DNA from: Mayamaea pseudoterrestris
Lineage: Eukaryota
Assembly: GCA_027923505.1 (NCBI GenBank)
Contig: BROI01000001.1
Location: forward strand, 372,001-436,000
Direction: 5' to 3'
Length of the DNA stretch: 64,000 bases
This document shows, piece by piece, positions 46,696 to 57,285 of the stretch; position 1 is the stretch's first letter; every line of letters starts with the position of its first letter. A program made the translations under genes and the position numbers. The notes under the pieces were generated by a model, which ran no database searches, was not told the origin of the DNA, and was given only the letters and a program-made list of their open reading frames with translations.

Positions 46696-48021
46696 TTATT
46701 TGGGCGTCGGTCCTTTGCACTTCTTCTTCATGGGACTTCCCCCAATGCAGCGCAAACCCGCGCAACACTGGTCATCCGAGACGCAAGTAATGTCACTGAC
46801 GCGGCAAATGTTGTCCAGGCGAAAGGTTTCATGCTGGACGACCATGCGCTCAATTTGACCGGGAGTAAACTCTCCAAACTTCTTACTGCAAGTACCTAGC
46901 AGATAATTCATCTGATTCTTTACAGGGTCCGCGCCATACTTTTGGTTCTTGCAGGTGTTGAGAGGAGGGCTGCGTTAATGCGAAAAATGATTGTGAGGTC
47001 TTAGTGAGGGTGCGAGTTCATCGTTCGCATCAAAAACACTTACTCAAAGATCCAGCACACATCCTCGCCGGGAACAACGTCTTTCGTCGGAATTTCGTGC
47101 TGTGCTGTGTCATCTACTCCGTCTCCACTGACAACAATCTTGCCGTCGGATGACTGAATAACCCGATTGGAGCACCCGCCTAAGGTTGCAAAGATTGTGA
47201 GAGATCGAATTTGCTGCGTCGCTGCAATTGCTTGCGGATGGCCTCACGTACCAAGAAAGGTGTGTTCCAACCCAAGAAAATGACCGACTTCATGGACAAT
47301 GTTCTCAATCGCGTTGATCTGCTTGTTGCCAGGCGGAGTTGTTGCATAGTTGCGCAGGACGCTGGGAAAATTGACGAGACGTACAAGGGTGAGCGCAAAC
47401 GTAGGAGTGCACACATTTAAAGCTCACGTAGACTCACACGCCAGAATACTCTTTCCAGGTGTCTTCTTCTACTGGAAAGCTCGACCAGTAACGACTGTCA
47501 GAAGCGGAAGAGTCGCAAATGTAAACGTTCAAAACATCCTTGCCAGGCGCCTTCAACGCTGCCTTCATGGCATATTCGCTTGGGGCTTCGCGCTCGCAGT
47601 GACCAAACTCGGCACTCTCAACAATCTGAATATCCTTGAGCTCAAACTGGAAGGGCGTGTCGCGGAAGCCATACTGAAGTGCCGCGAATTGGTTGGCGGC
47701 GATGAACTCCTTGGTGAGAATCTGGTCGGGAGTGCTGCCGGGCGAGTAGGTGTGCCAAAAGTAAACCGGAATGGTGTAGCTCTTGACGGCACTCAGCTTG
47801 CGACCACTCGCTTTCCAATGGCTGACCGACTTGGCAATCTCCAAGAGCTGCATGTCCGTCGACGGCTTGGTTCCGCAAGACTCGTGCTCTTCGACGTCTT
47901 TCGCGAGCTGGCGAGCAAAGGAAAGCTCCTCCTCGGGCGAGCCCAAGCGACGACCGCATCCAGCGGCGGTGCCCATGGTGAGAGCGAGGACGAAAGCGAG
48001 ACGAGCAAGGGACGTAAACAT
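46696..48021 (-). CDS. M43 metalloprotease, paralog B; exons 48021-47438, 47361-47252, 47179-47044, 46969-46696
   Basis: Signal peptide, SCGT, HEVGHFLGLEHTFLGGC after splicing, DGVDDT, NQMNY, FTPGQIERM, Cys-rich tail. Confidence 0.92.
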
Positions 48022-48122
48022 GGCGATGATGGTGCTTGATATGTCTTGCCGCGGCCGAAAAATGACTGTTCCGAAGCTTTGCAAAATGATTTCACGACCA
48101 TTAATGTTCGCTTTGGACATGT

Positions 48123-48287
48123 GAGTCCTCGATTTTTAAGGGAGTCCTCGTGTGAACTGGCATTTGAGCGTCATAAAAGGGATTATCGCGAGCTGACGAT
48201 GCGATTGTACGAATGAGGGAGTCTACTATTAGATTGCGGGAGTCCTCGATTGCTCCAATCTGTGGAATTATGTCGTGGGAGTCCTCG
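48123..48287. promoter_or_regulatory. Clustered GAGTCCTCG motif upstream of M43 paralog B
   Basis: Exact copies at 48123, 48142, 48240 and 48279, plus a degenerate GGGAGTCTAC at 48217. The regulatory role is inferred only from position. Confidence 0.4.
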
Positions 48288-48532
48288 CTTTGGATCGTGC
48301 GACGAGTTCTCGGTCGAGGCGAGTGTCACTGCGACAAGACCCGTTACTGAAGTGTGCCTCGTCGCCTTTGCCAATGCGGTGGCCTCTTCGCTTGTTTGCT
48401 AGGCACATACTTGTAATTCGGGCAACACTACACGGACTAGCTGTAATATCAATGTTATTTATCCCGTTCGTTTTGGTGGCCTATATATGTATTTCCTGTC
48501 CACACCCGCACTTGTCAAAATGCGCACAGCAC

Positions 48533-49694
48533 CTACTGGCAACTCTTTCCCGTCACATCGTCCGGCAAGCAACGCAATCCTGCACAGCACTGAGAGTCCA
48601 ATCGACACGCAATGTTCTGCTGTCGACAAATCCTGTCCAGTCGAAACGTTTCATGCTGAACAACCATGCGCTCCACTTGACCTGCTGTGAACGTCGCATT
48701 GCGCCGGCACTTACTATACAGATAGTTCATGGTGTTCCCGACAGGATCATCTCCCGCGTCGACACCAGCGACATTGTCGGGACACGTATTGAGTGGAGGA
48801 CTATGAAAGCGACGAGGTTCATGTAAGAATAAGATGATGGGCGAAGCCATTACGAGAAGTTCACGGTCCGAACTTACTCAAGAAGCCAACATGTTTCCTT
48901 TCCCGGTTGCAAGTTCGTTGGCCCCGAATGCGCAGGTGTATCGAGCACGGCATCGCCGATAATCATGCTTCCATCGATAAAACGAGTTGGCTCTGAAAGA
49001 CAGCCGCCCTGTAAATCGAAAATGAGCGGAGGACTGAGTTGAAGAAACACAATCGTCCAAAAAATCGCGCGCACGACAAGCATACCTCAAAAGTATGTAA
49101 AAGCCCCAACCAGTGTCCAACCTCGTGTGCAATGTTGCTAATATAGCTCCATCGCAACGGATCGTCTACCGGTAGAAGTCTGTAGTTCGTCAAAACAACG
49201 CCATCGTAGTCACTATCGCTCATGACAGGGACAGATCCCCAGGATTTTGCCGCTGATCCAGCGCCTCCGGTGTTGCAGATGAAAATGTTTAAAGATGTTT
49301 TACCAGGGACTCGCAACTTTTTCTTCATTTTGAACTCGCTTGGTTGGCCCATGATGCAATGACTGAAAGCAAGACTCTCGACAATCCGAATGCTTTTAAG
49401 CGTGAATAGGAAGGGTGTGTCGCGAAAGCTATGGCTGAGAAAGGAGAAGTACTTGCGGCGTATCTCACTTTTGGTTAGCGCCGAAGGCGCATCCGCGGGC
49501 GAGTACGTATGGAACACATAGACTGGAATAGTGTACTTTTTTGTAGTCGCCAAGACTCTCCCGCTTGGCTGAGAGTTGTCCCACACTGCATCTACATCTG
49601 TCGCATTGCCGGGATACGGCCGACTACTGCTAGTGATAGCTGTAATGCATGAGACGGCTGCGATGAAGATTAAGCGGAAGAACGAGAAGGCCAT
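48533..49694 (-). CDS. M43 metalloprotease, paralog C (short propeptide); exons 49694-49086, 49008-48878, 48800-48533
   Basis: HEVGHWLGLLHTFE|GGC, DAVLDTPAH, NTMNY, FTAGQVERM, Cys-rich tail. Confidence 0.92.
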
Positions 49695-50486
49695 GGTGCG
49701 GAAGTCGTTTCAGTCAAACGTATCGTCGAAATGGTTGCAGCAGCATCCTGGGTCACACTTGCTGGTCTTGATTGGGTCGTCACTCGACCGTAGCAGGCCA
49801 CTGTGATCATTACCAAGTGTAGAAAATGTACCACTCTCCTCGTGAAAGGCACGATTTTACAAGTGTGACTGAACATGCATGGATGTTGCATTGTCGTGCG
49901 GAGAAAAGAATTCCAGTCCCGTTGAGATGGCACATACGACGAGCTATTTCGTCCGCACCAAGTAAGGAGGCCACACGTTTGCACTCCATGAATAAAACGA
50001 CGAATAATTTAAGTCTGTACTCACTTACTTTATATTTTGGTGGCTTCTAAAAGGCAAACGAAAGTGTTTTCTGGGCTCCAGCTAATCTCATCTCACAGTT
50101 CCTTTCAGCGCAAGTCGCGTAAGCACATAGTGTTGCCAAGCATATCGACAAGTCAGCATATGTGTTGTACAGTTCGTAATGCTCCAAAGTGTAATGCCTC
50201 TAATGTTTACTGCATCGCGAGCGAAAACTATAGGCAGTAAACGGTAAGTATGTGGCCTGGTTCGACCTGTTAAGGCGTTCGAGCAAATTACACTGACTCA
50301 ATACATTGCCAACCACAAGGGATTTCAATCAGTCAGGCAGCTTGCAACAACGGTTGTAGACAGTTAAGCGTGCTATAGTTTTAAATTAGTTTGACTGCGA
50401 CCAGCAGGTAGAGATAAATAACTGATAACGAGGTGTTGATGCAACCCAGTGAAGCCAGCGTCACGCATGCAGACAATACCAGTGAT

Positions 50487-50888
50487 TTAAACGTCGTCGT
50501 CTCCATCAACAGCGGAAGACTTTTCAGCCTCCAATTCCTTCTCGCTCTTTGGCTTGGTGGCTTCGTAGATTGCTCCCTTTGTATTGTTGACGAGCTCGCC
50601 AGTCTTTTTCCCAATCGTTGTCAAAATGTTGGGCTTTTCCTCCTCCATTGGGACAGCAGCACGCGGAGTTTCTTCCTCTCCCGGCTTGGTATGATCGTGG
50701 ATAAACTCTCGACTCTTGGACAGGCCCTCGTTCGTCTTGGAAACCACTACGGCTCCGATTTCCTTGGTCTTTTCCGCTGCCACGGCTCCAATCTCCTTGC
50801 TCTTTTCGACGGTAGCACCCCATCCCTTCTTGATATTGTCCAAAAGGCCGCCGCCGCCACTGTTGTTGCTGCTATCTTCGTTGCTCAT
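50487..50888 (-). CDS. Small hydrophilic LEA-like protein
   Basis: 11-aa periodic EKSKEIGAVAA/EKTKEIGAVVV; highly charged, no Cys. Confidence 0.6.
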   Translation of the reverse strand: MSNEDSSNNSGGGGLLDNIKKGWGATVEKSKEIGAVAAEKTKEIGAVVVSKTNEGLSKSREFIHDHTKPGEEETPRAAVPMEEEKPNILTTIGKKTGELVNNTKGAIYEATKPKSEKELEAEKSSAVDGDDDV

Positions 50889-51713
50889 GTTATTTCGTTT
50901 GATAGAATGCAGAATGACGAGCTGCTGCTACGAGGTGTGGAAGGTGGTGCAGCAAGACCCATGCGCGCGCAGACGAATGATTCGTTGAAAGAGTTCGGCC
51001 ATGCCGGCGCGCATGCGTACACGTCAAACGCTTGTCGTTACGGGACTCATCTAACTAGTAGCATCCTTCTGGATGAGGCCACAACCAAAGAGTGCATCCG
51101 GTAGGCGACATTTTCTGTGTGCTCAATAGCTCGTTGGACAATATACATTGAGTAATACCACCATTCAGCTTCATTTACAGTGGTTATACAGAGAAACAAT
51201 GAATATTTAGCTTTGCCAGATTCAGTGCGCCAGATGAGGTACATCAATGACAAGCGACTTCCACCTGAGAGTTGTAAGTTGGCTGTGAAGCAATTCTAAT
51301 TGCTCTTTACTCACTGAACCGTATAATGAACGATTATGATAGCAACCGGTAGCCTACCATTATGTTGATACGTACCGGTAGCATCGCTTTCCAGCACGTT
51401 GCCTGCAACGAATGACGCATCAGGCATCATCCAATGCCGACCTGGCGAAAAGGCCCTATCGCCCGCCAGCACTCTTCCGTAAGCTATTGCCCACTGCACG
51501 GAACACGACATTGCCAAGACGAATGACGCCATGAAGAATCACCGACGACAGTCATTCGATAAGTTTACTTAACAGTATCGGAGCATCATACTTCAAGGAC
51601 AGGTCATCGCAAGTTTGTCCGATGTTTGCACAAAACATATTTCCCGAGTAACTTTGCTTGCTCACGATCACTTCACTTTCTCATTCTTCACCTCCCGCCT
51701 CCAATATACCGCC

Positions 51714-51947
51714 ATGAAGCCCACCTTGTCAAATAAGAGCCGCTCAAGCAACCAAAATACACGAGACGTGCTCCACGAGTCTCAAATGTTGCAGCAAGGT
51801 CAAGGTCACCCAAATCGATTCTTTCCACCGTTGACGACTCGACAAAAGCGAGAAAAGCTTGCTTCCATCTTGAGCGCAGCACTTGACATGATTCATACAT
51901 TCGATGACGGCTCCTCTTTGCAACAAAGTGAAAAAGAGCTTGCATGA
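51714..51947 (+). CDS. Small hypothetical protein (77 aa)
   Basis: GCCATG context after a CT-rich leader; amphipathic REKLASILSAALDMI. It occupies an otherwise empty interval. Confidence 0.45.
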   Translation: MKPTLSNKSRSSNQNTRDVLHESQMLQQGQGHPNRFFPPLTTRQKREKLASILSAALDMIHTFDDGSSLQQSEKELA

Positions 51948-52370
51948 ATAGCGACGCGTGGACGACCCGTCAAACGTCAAGCTCACTGGCACTGGCTTTT
52001 GTCAAGAAGGGAATCACAAATTCCAGACATATTTTGGCTTCCACATTTTTACAAATCATCTATTAAAGTGTAACAATAGGATTTTTTTTTTTGAAGATTA
52101 AGATTTTTCCGTGTAGTCGTAGCTTGCAGCATTACTTGTTTGCGTAGTCCAAGCCGCAGCGAGTCAATGACGGAAAGAACGGGAAACTTAATTTCGACTC
52201 GTCCCAGGTTTCCAAAGGTATCGAGCGTTGCACATAACGCATAACTTGTCTCATGATAAATGTGCCGATCGCGAACGGCAACACTCTCAAAGCATGACTG
52301 AGCTAATTGGGGCCTGCTAACTGCCAACTAAAACTCACACCTTCGAAAGCGATCGGCACATATACCAACG

Positions 52371-53432
52371 CTATTTGTTGGTGGATGCAGGACTCACAAC
52401 ATTAGCCAAATCATCGTTCTCGTCATCATCGCTTTCGCCTCCTTCCTCGTCGTCGGAGCACAATACAAATGAAACCTTGTTCGGAACCTCATTCTTTGAA
52501 TCAATCTTGTCGTTCAACTCTAATTCCTCTTTCAATGGTGTCTTGAGACCACCCCGCAGCAGATTGAGAAACGTGCCTGGATAGGACGATGTGCCGCCAG
52601 CCAAATGAGACGAGTTTACCCCCTCCGAGGCGCACGACGATCCCGACCCACCAGATTCAAGTGATACAGCTGACACTGACGCGGCCAATGACGACGTACT
52701 CTGGTTTCGTCGCAAGCCCCATGAACGACCGCCAAGGCCAGCCTCTGCTTGTTCATACTTGGCCAGCCGAGCTTCAAGCTTGGCAATCGTATCTTGTTGA
52801 GCTTGCTTGTCCTTGGCGGCCTCTTGCAGCATGACATCCTTTTGTAGTAGTTGCTCCTCCAACTCATCGTTACTTGCTCGACAAGTCGCCAGTTCAATTG
52901 CTAGTTCACCCGCTTTGAACATTGCTGTATCGCGTGCACCTTGAAGCTCCCTCCACTCGTTCAGCGGAACCTTGATGCAATCATAGTCAGCTTGACTTGC
53001 TCCATTACGTCGAACCGTCAAGTCATCCATTGATTCAAGTCGCAGTCTTGTCAGTTCCTTGTTGAGCATTTTCACTGTAGCCTCTAAGGTTTGCACTTGC
53101 TCCTGCAGCGAGACGCGTTCCATTTCTGCCGAAACCAAATCATGTTCAAGTTGCTCCACTGGTGCATGCGCCGAAATGACTTGCTCCTCGAGGGATTTAA
53201 TCGTTTGCTGCAGAAGCTCAACTTGCTGCTCATGCTTGCTGTTTTGGCGATTCTCCTTGGAGGAGGGTGATGTAAGTGAAAGCTTGCGATGCCAAGGTGT
53301 TTGCTGCTGCTCCTGCTGGCCGTGCGCCGTCGACAAAGATCGAGGACTGACACCTTGACCCAATATTGCCTCCTCGAAATTGCTATCCCAAAGGTCATCA
53401 TGCGATTGCTCGTGATCGTCAACAAAGTCCAT
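52371..53432 (-). CDS. Coiled-coil protein of unknown function
   Basis: 353-aa ORF with long E/Q/L heptads and an acidic tail. Confidence 0.8.
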   Translation of the reverse strand: MDFVDDHEQSHDDLWDSNFEEAILGQGVSPRSLSTAHGQQEQQQTPWHRKLSLTSPSSKENRQNSKHEQQVELLQQTIKSLEEQVISAHAPVEQLEHDLVSAEMERVSLQEQVQTLEATVKMLNKELTRLRLESMDDLTVRRNGASQADYDCIKVPLNEWRELQGARDTAMFKAGELAIELATCRASNDELEEQLLQKDVMLQEAAKDKQAQQDTIAKLEARLAKYEQAEAGLGGRSWGLRRNQSTSSLAASVSAVSLESGGSGSSCASEGVNSSHLAGGTSSYPGTFLNLLRGGLKTPLKEELELNDKIDSKNEVPNKVSFVLCSDDEEGGESDDDENDDLANVVSPASTNK

Positions 53433-53956
53433 GATACGTTGTTGTGTGTTTGAGAGTTAAAATTTTAGGTGTATGTATGTTAACAATGATGCTGTTGGGC
53501 GCGACTGAAGCTGCAGGTCTTACGGAACGTTCCTTTAATTTTCTGCCACACTATAAACTCCTTCTCAATCCACTTGATGGTTGAGTAATGCCAATTGACA
53601 AGGGCGAGTTTACGAGGCTTGTTCAAAGGTGGTCAAGCAGCATGTGCGCGAGTCCCAAAGATTGAACGAACGGCTGCGTTTCTCATCTTCGGCGCGTCTT
53701 TGAAACATCGAATGAATTTTTGTGCAGTATTGCCCCTAAATGACCTTCATTTACTGTTATAGCCCTCACTTTGAATAGAGCCTTTCATGATCGTAAGCAG
53801 CTAGATTCTTTGTACTGTGGGATAAAATGTACATATCGTGCTCATGACCCGTAACGGCGGTCGAAGATGAAAGATCGGCGCATCAACAACCGTCAGTTGG
53901 TCCCCCTTCACAGCGTTATCGTTGCACCTCTTTTGTCACACTTGACAACGAAGAAA

Positions 53957-54982
53957 ATGAGTCGACTCGCATTATTGCTACTAGCCTTGCTGTCTGCATG
54001 TGCATCTGCGTCACAAGGTCCACGACTATTTGGTGTGACGAAATTGCGAGGAGGAGATGATGGTGATGAGCAACAACAACACGCATCATCATCCGATTCA
54101 CAGGACGCATCTAACAGCAACGTTGTCGAAGCGACGCGTGGCGGATCCTTCGAACCAAGTAGTAGCAGCAGCGGCAATGAAGATGATTACTATGTAGCTC
54201 AACTAGAACAAATCAAGGCACAAGCAATGGAATCGGCTCGCACTGAAATCGACAATTTACGCAAAACAATCATCGACCAAGGAACCGTCGTGGAAGATCT
54301 GGGACAACGTTCCGATACCATTTGCAACCAAGCGCTTCAAGCCTTTGCGCAATCCGCTCCCGACGCGGCCAATGATGTTAACCGCGCCGTCTTGTACGAT
54401 CGCAAACTCCGCGAGTTGGAGGCCGCCGTTGATGCGCCTCTACAAGTCCTGTACTTGCGCCAGCTCGCCTACTTGCGCGAAGCAGCCCTCCAACGGTTCC
54501 GAGCGTCCACCAAGACGACTGGCGTTTCCGACTATGAAGCCATGCTGCAAGCCGACTCGCAGTTCGTCTCGCAGGCGGAGCAATCGACGCGTCCGTCCAA
54601 CGCCGACTGGGACTACAGCAGCGAACGCACCTTTCTCCAAGCCGTCATGAACAACTTTGCCGAAACCTCGCGCAAGGTGCAGGACGCGGCCATTACCGCC
54701 TCGCAGCAGCAGCAAACGGCCATGCAGTTTCTGCAGTCGCAGCAGCAAATGATTCAGCAGCTGCAGATGCAACTATATGGACAGTCGAGTCCGTGGAACG
54801 TTGGAGTAGCCTACCGTATTCCGGATACAAACTTTAACTTGCAGGGCAGCTACCAGCAGGGACGAGCCAATGTGCAACTGAGTTGCGTGCCAGACGAGTA
54901 TGCGCCATTCTTGGGACCAAATGGATTCACAAATGGTGTTGGACCGGGTAACTTGGGATTGTCGGTGAATTTGAGTGTGTAA
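53957..54982 (+). CDS. Signal-peptide protein with LRGG motif; tentative periplastid PPP1-like conserved protein
   Basis: MSRLALLLLALLSACASA signal, KLRGG, helical core, QQ-rich helix and C-terminal PWNVGVAYRIPDTNFNLQGSYQQGRANVQLSCVPDE; strong C-ending codon bias. The family call is from memory and tentative. Confidence 0.7.
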   Translation: MSRLALLLLALLSACASASQGPRLFGVTKLRGGDDGDEQQQHASSSDSQDASNSNVVEATRGGSFEPSSSSSGNEDDYYVAQLEQIKAQAMESARTEIDNLRKTIIDQGTVVEDLGQRSDTICNQALQAFAQSAPDAANDVNRAVLYDRKLRELEAAVDAPLQVLYLRQLAYLREAALQRFRASTKTTGVSDYEAMLQADSQFVSQAEQSTRPSNADWDYSSERTFLQAVMNNFAETSRKVQDAAITASQQQQTAMQFLQSQQQMIQQLQMQLYGQSSPWNVGVAYRIPDTNFNLQGSYQQGRANVQLSCVPDEYAPFLGPNGFTNGVGPGNLGLSVNLSV

Positions 54983-55058
54983 ATAAGTATAGTGAAAGGA
55001 GGCGAGATTAAGCAAACAAGCTACAGTAAACAAGAACATATGTACGTGTTAACCTTTG

Positions 55059-55778
55059 TTATTCACTAGACTTGTAACCCATGAGTTGTATACCAATCGT
55101 TCGATCTCGCGGACCATCCAAGTCAAAGAGCAAAACACTTTGCCACTGCCCCAGCACCATTTCGCCATTATTGACAGGTATACACTCGCTCGACCCAAGC
55201 AGCATGCTGAGCAAATGCGAGTGCGCATTGATTGGTTCCTGATCGCGCCAGGCTTGCAGTTGCGTAGCGTCGGTAATGTTCCAACCGTTATCCAAGCAGC
55301 GCTGGGCTTCCTCATCCGAGTCGGGTCGAAGGTGAATGTCATTATGCTTGTACAAAACTCCGTCAACACGAGCGTCACTGCTGCTACGTTCATCGGGAGG
55401 AGCAAGTTTCAGCAAAAAGGCTTGCAAGTCACGAAAGAGTCGAGACTCGCGCTCGTTAATGGTGATGGAAGTCGTCGTGTGACGCGAGATTACGTGAATG
55501 ACGCCGTTGGTCATGCTCGAGTTTTGCAACAGTCCCAGCAGGACGGGCGTCAAGTCTTCCACGGAAATGGCTTGTCGAGGAGGACCAGTTTGGGATGTAG
55601 GGATGTTAATGGTATGATACTCGCAAATGGGATCGTTAAGCGAGCAAAGCGAAAATGCTGCCGATGAATGCAGATGCCGATGCGCTGAGTGTTGGAACGA
55701 GCGAGTCACACTTGGATTTCGAAAGGCAAGCGACGGTACTAAAAGCGGTAAAACTTGTAGAAGAATTAAATACGGCAT
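55059..55778 (-). CDS. YjbQ/UPF0047 family protein, plastid-targeted
   Basis: HTTTSITINE, YKHND, NAHSHL, LGQWQSVLLFDLDGPRDR; presequence ..PSLA-FRNP. Confidence 0.92.
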   Translation of the reverse strand: MPYLILLQVLPLLVPSLAFRNPSVTRSFQHSAHRHLHSSAAFSLCSLNDPICEYHTINIPTSQTGPPRQAISVEDLTPVLLGLLQNSSMTNGVIHVISRHTTTSITINERESRLFRDLQAFLLKLAPPDERSSSDARVDGVLYKHNDIHLRPDSDEEAQRCLDNGWNITDATQLQAWRDQEPINAHSHLLSMLLGSSECIPVNNGEMVLGQWQSVLLFDLDGPRDRTIGIQLMGYKSSE

Positions 55779-56028
55779 TGGTGACGTGACTATCGGTTTG
55801 TTCGCCGCAAAAGGACGCCAGTGATGAGTATGGTGGCTTCCTTGTTATGGAGAAAAAATTGGATGCTCCCACATTTCACGCTGTCGCATCAGTACTGACT
55901 GTCGGTCACCGCGAGACATTTCCGTCGTCGCGTCGTTCCAAAAGCCAATCACTCCCAACTCCTCATCACCTTCATCCACTTATCCGATCCTTCATAGTTG
56001 TTTGCCCAGACTAAACATTCAATAGACC

Positions 56029-57285
56029 ATGTTGATGGCTAGAGAATCTCAACGTCGTATCAATAAAGCACTTGGCGTATTCGTGGTTCTGTCGGTCTTC
56101 CTTCGCTACAGTCATCTTTTCCTACTGCTGTCGTTCAAGGGGGCTAATAATGCCGAATCTGACGTCCCAAAGGATCAGCAATTGCCTCAAGCGCCGGTTT
56201 TTTGCTCCGAATGCTTGGATATTATTCAACGAATGAATTTTACCAATACGAGTTTTGTACCTGTTGCTCATATTCATTCACACTTGGGGGCAGTGGATCA
56301 GTTTGGAGTCGCTGGATACGTTCATGATGTGACTGCCCTTCGACGGAACCCTCCACGCTTAAACATGACTCAAGAATACATTGCAAAAGAATGCTTGAAT
56401 CAGGATGATGATTTCAGAATGATCAAGGAGAGATTCGTAATAGATTTCGCGTACGAACAAGAGATGCAGCAATCGAAAAAGCCTCGACCAAGATTACTTT
56501 GCGTCATTTATACGGTCGCTTCGGGACATGGAAGAATTCAAAACATTCGAGAAACATGGGGACAAAAGTGCGATGGCTTGCTCGTGGCATCGGATACAGC
56601 AGATCCATCAGTTGACAGTGTCAAGATTTTACACAAGGGCAAGGAAGATTACGGCAACATGTGGCAAAAGGTGCGAAGCATGTGGGAGTACATTTATGAC
56701 AATTACTACAGTGATTATGATTTTTACCATATGGGAGGCGACGACATGTTCGTCATTGTTGAGAATTTGCGGCGCTATCTGGAGAGTGACGAGATTCGGG
56801 CGGCACAAAATGGAGGCATGCTCACATCCGAGCAACCAGAGGAGATGCAGATTCCCTTATATCTCGGCGAGCGATACAAGTTTAATGGAGATGGCAACGA
56901 TATTTACAATACTGGCGGGCCAGGCTACACCTTGAATAGAGCAGCCGTCAAGACGCTGGTGGTTGACGGCTTGCCTTATCATTTCACTGACGTGAAGAGC
57001 TCGATGGAAGATGTCTTTGTCGCCAGAGTTTTGAAAATCCTTGGCGTTGACGCATACCAAACGAGAGATGAATACCGTGGTGAGCGATACATGCATTTTG
57101 CTCCAAGCTGGTACTACAATTTCACCAGTACCAGAATAGATTGGATGGGCAAATTTTACATTGACCCAGTGGAAGGATTCAATCACAGTTCGCCATACAG
57201 CGTTTCGTTTCACTACATGAAGGATGAAATGATGAAGCGCGCGCACTCGCTCCTGTATTATCAATGCCCCGAGACAAATCGATGA
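56029..57285 (+). CDS. GT31 core-1 beta-1,3-galactosyltransferase-like (C1GALT1/Fringe)
   Basis: Type II TM, LLCVIYT, IRETWGQKCDG, MWQKVR, GGDDMFVIVENLRRYL, GGPGYTLNRAA, EDV, VSFHY. Confidence 0.9.
   Translation: MLMARESQRRINKALGVFVVLSVFLRYSHLFLLLSFKGANNAESDVPKDQQLPQAPVFCSECLDIIQRMNFTNTSFVPVAHIHSHLGAVDQFGVAGYVHDVTALRRNPPRLNMTQEYIAKECLNQDDDFRMIKERFVIDFAYEQEMQQSKKPRPRLLCVIYTVASGHGRIQNIRETWGQKCDGLLVASDTADPSVDSVKILHKGKEDYGNMWQKVRSMWEYIYDNYYSDYDFYHMGGDDMFVIVENLRRYLESDEIRAAQNGGMLTSEQPEEMQIPLYLGERYKFNGDGNDIYNTGGPGYTLNRAAVKTLVVDGLPYHFTDVKSSMEDVFVARVLKILGVDAYQTRDEYRGERYMHFAPSWYYNFTSTRIDWMGKFYIDPVEGFNHSSPYSVSFHYMKDEMMKRAHSLLYYQCPETNR

Noticed and set aside
47350..48039. 229-aa plus-strand ORF
   Set aside because: Antisense to M43 paralog B; explained by its codon bias.
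48275..48826. 183-aa plus-strand ORF
   Set aside because: Overlaps the last exon of M43 paralog C on the opposite strand, has a GTG start, and shows no recognisable features.
50433..51104. 223-aa plus-strand ORF
   Set aside because: Antisense to the LEA-like gene, with a non-ATG start.
55056..55667. 203-aa plus-strand ORF
   Set aside because: Antisense shadow of the YjbQ gene.
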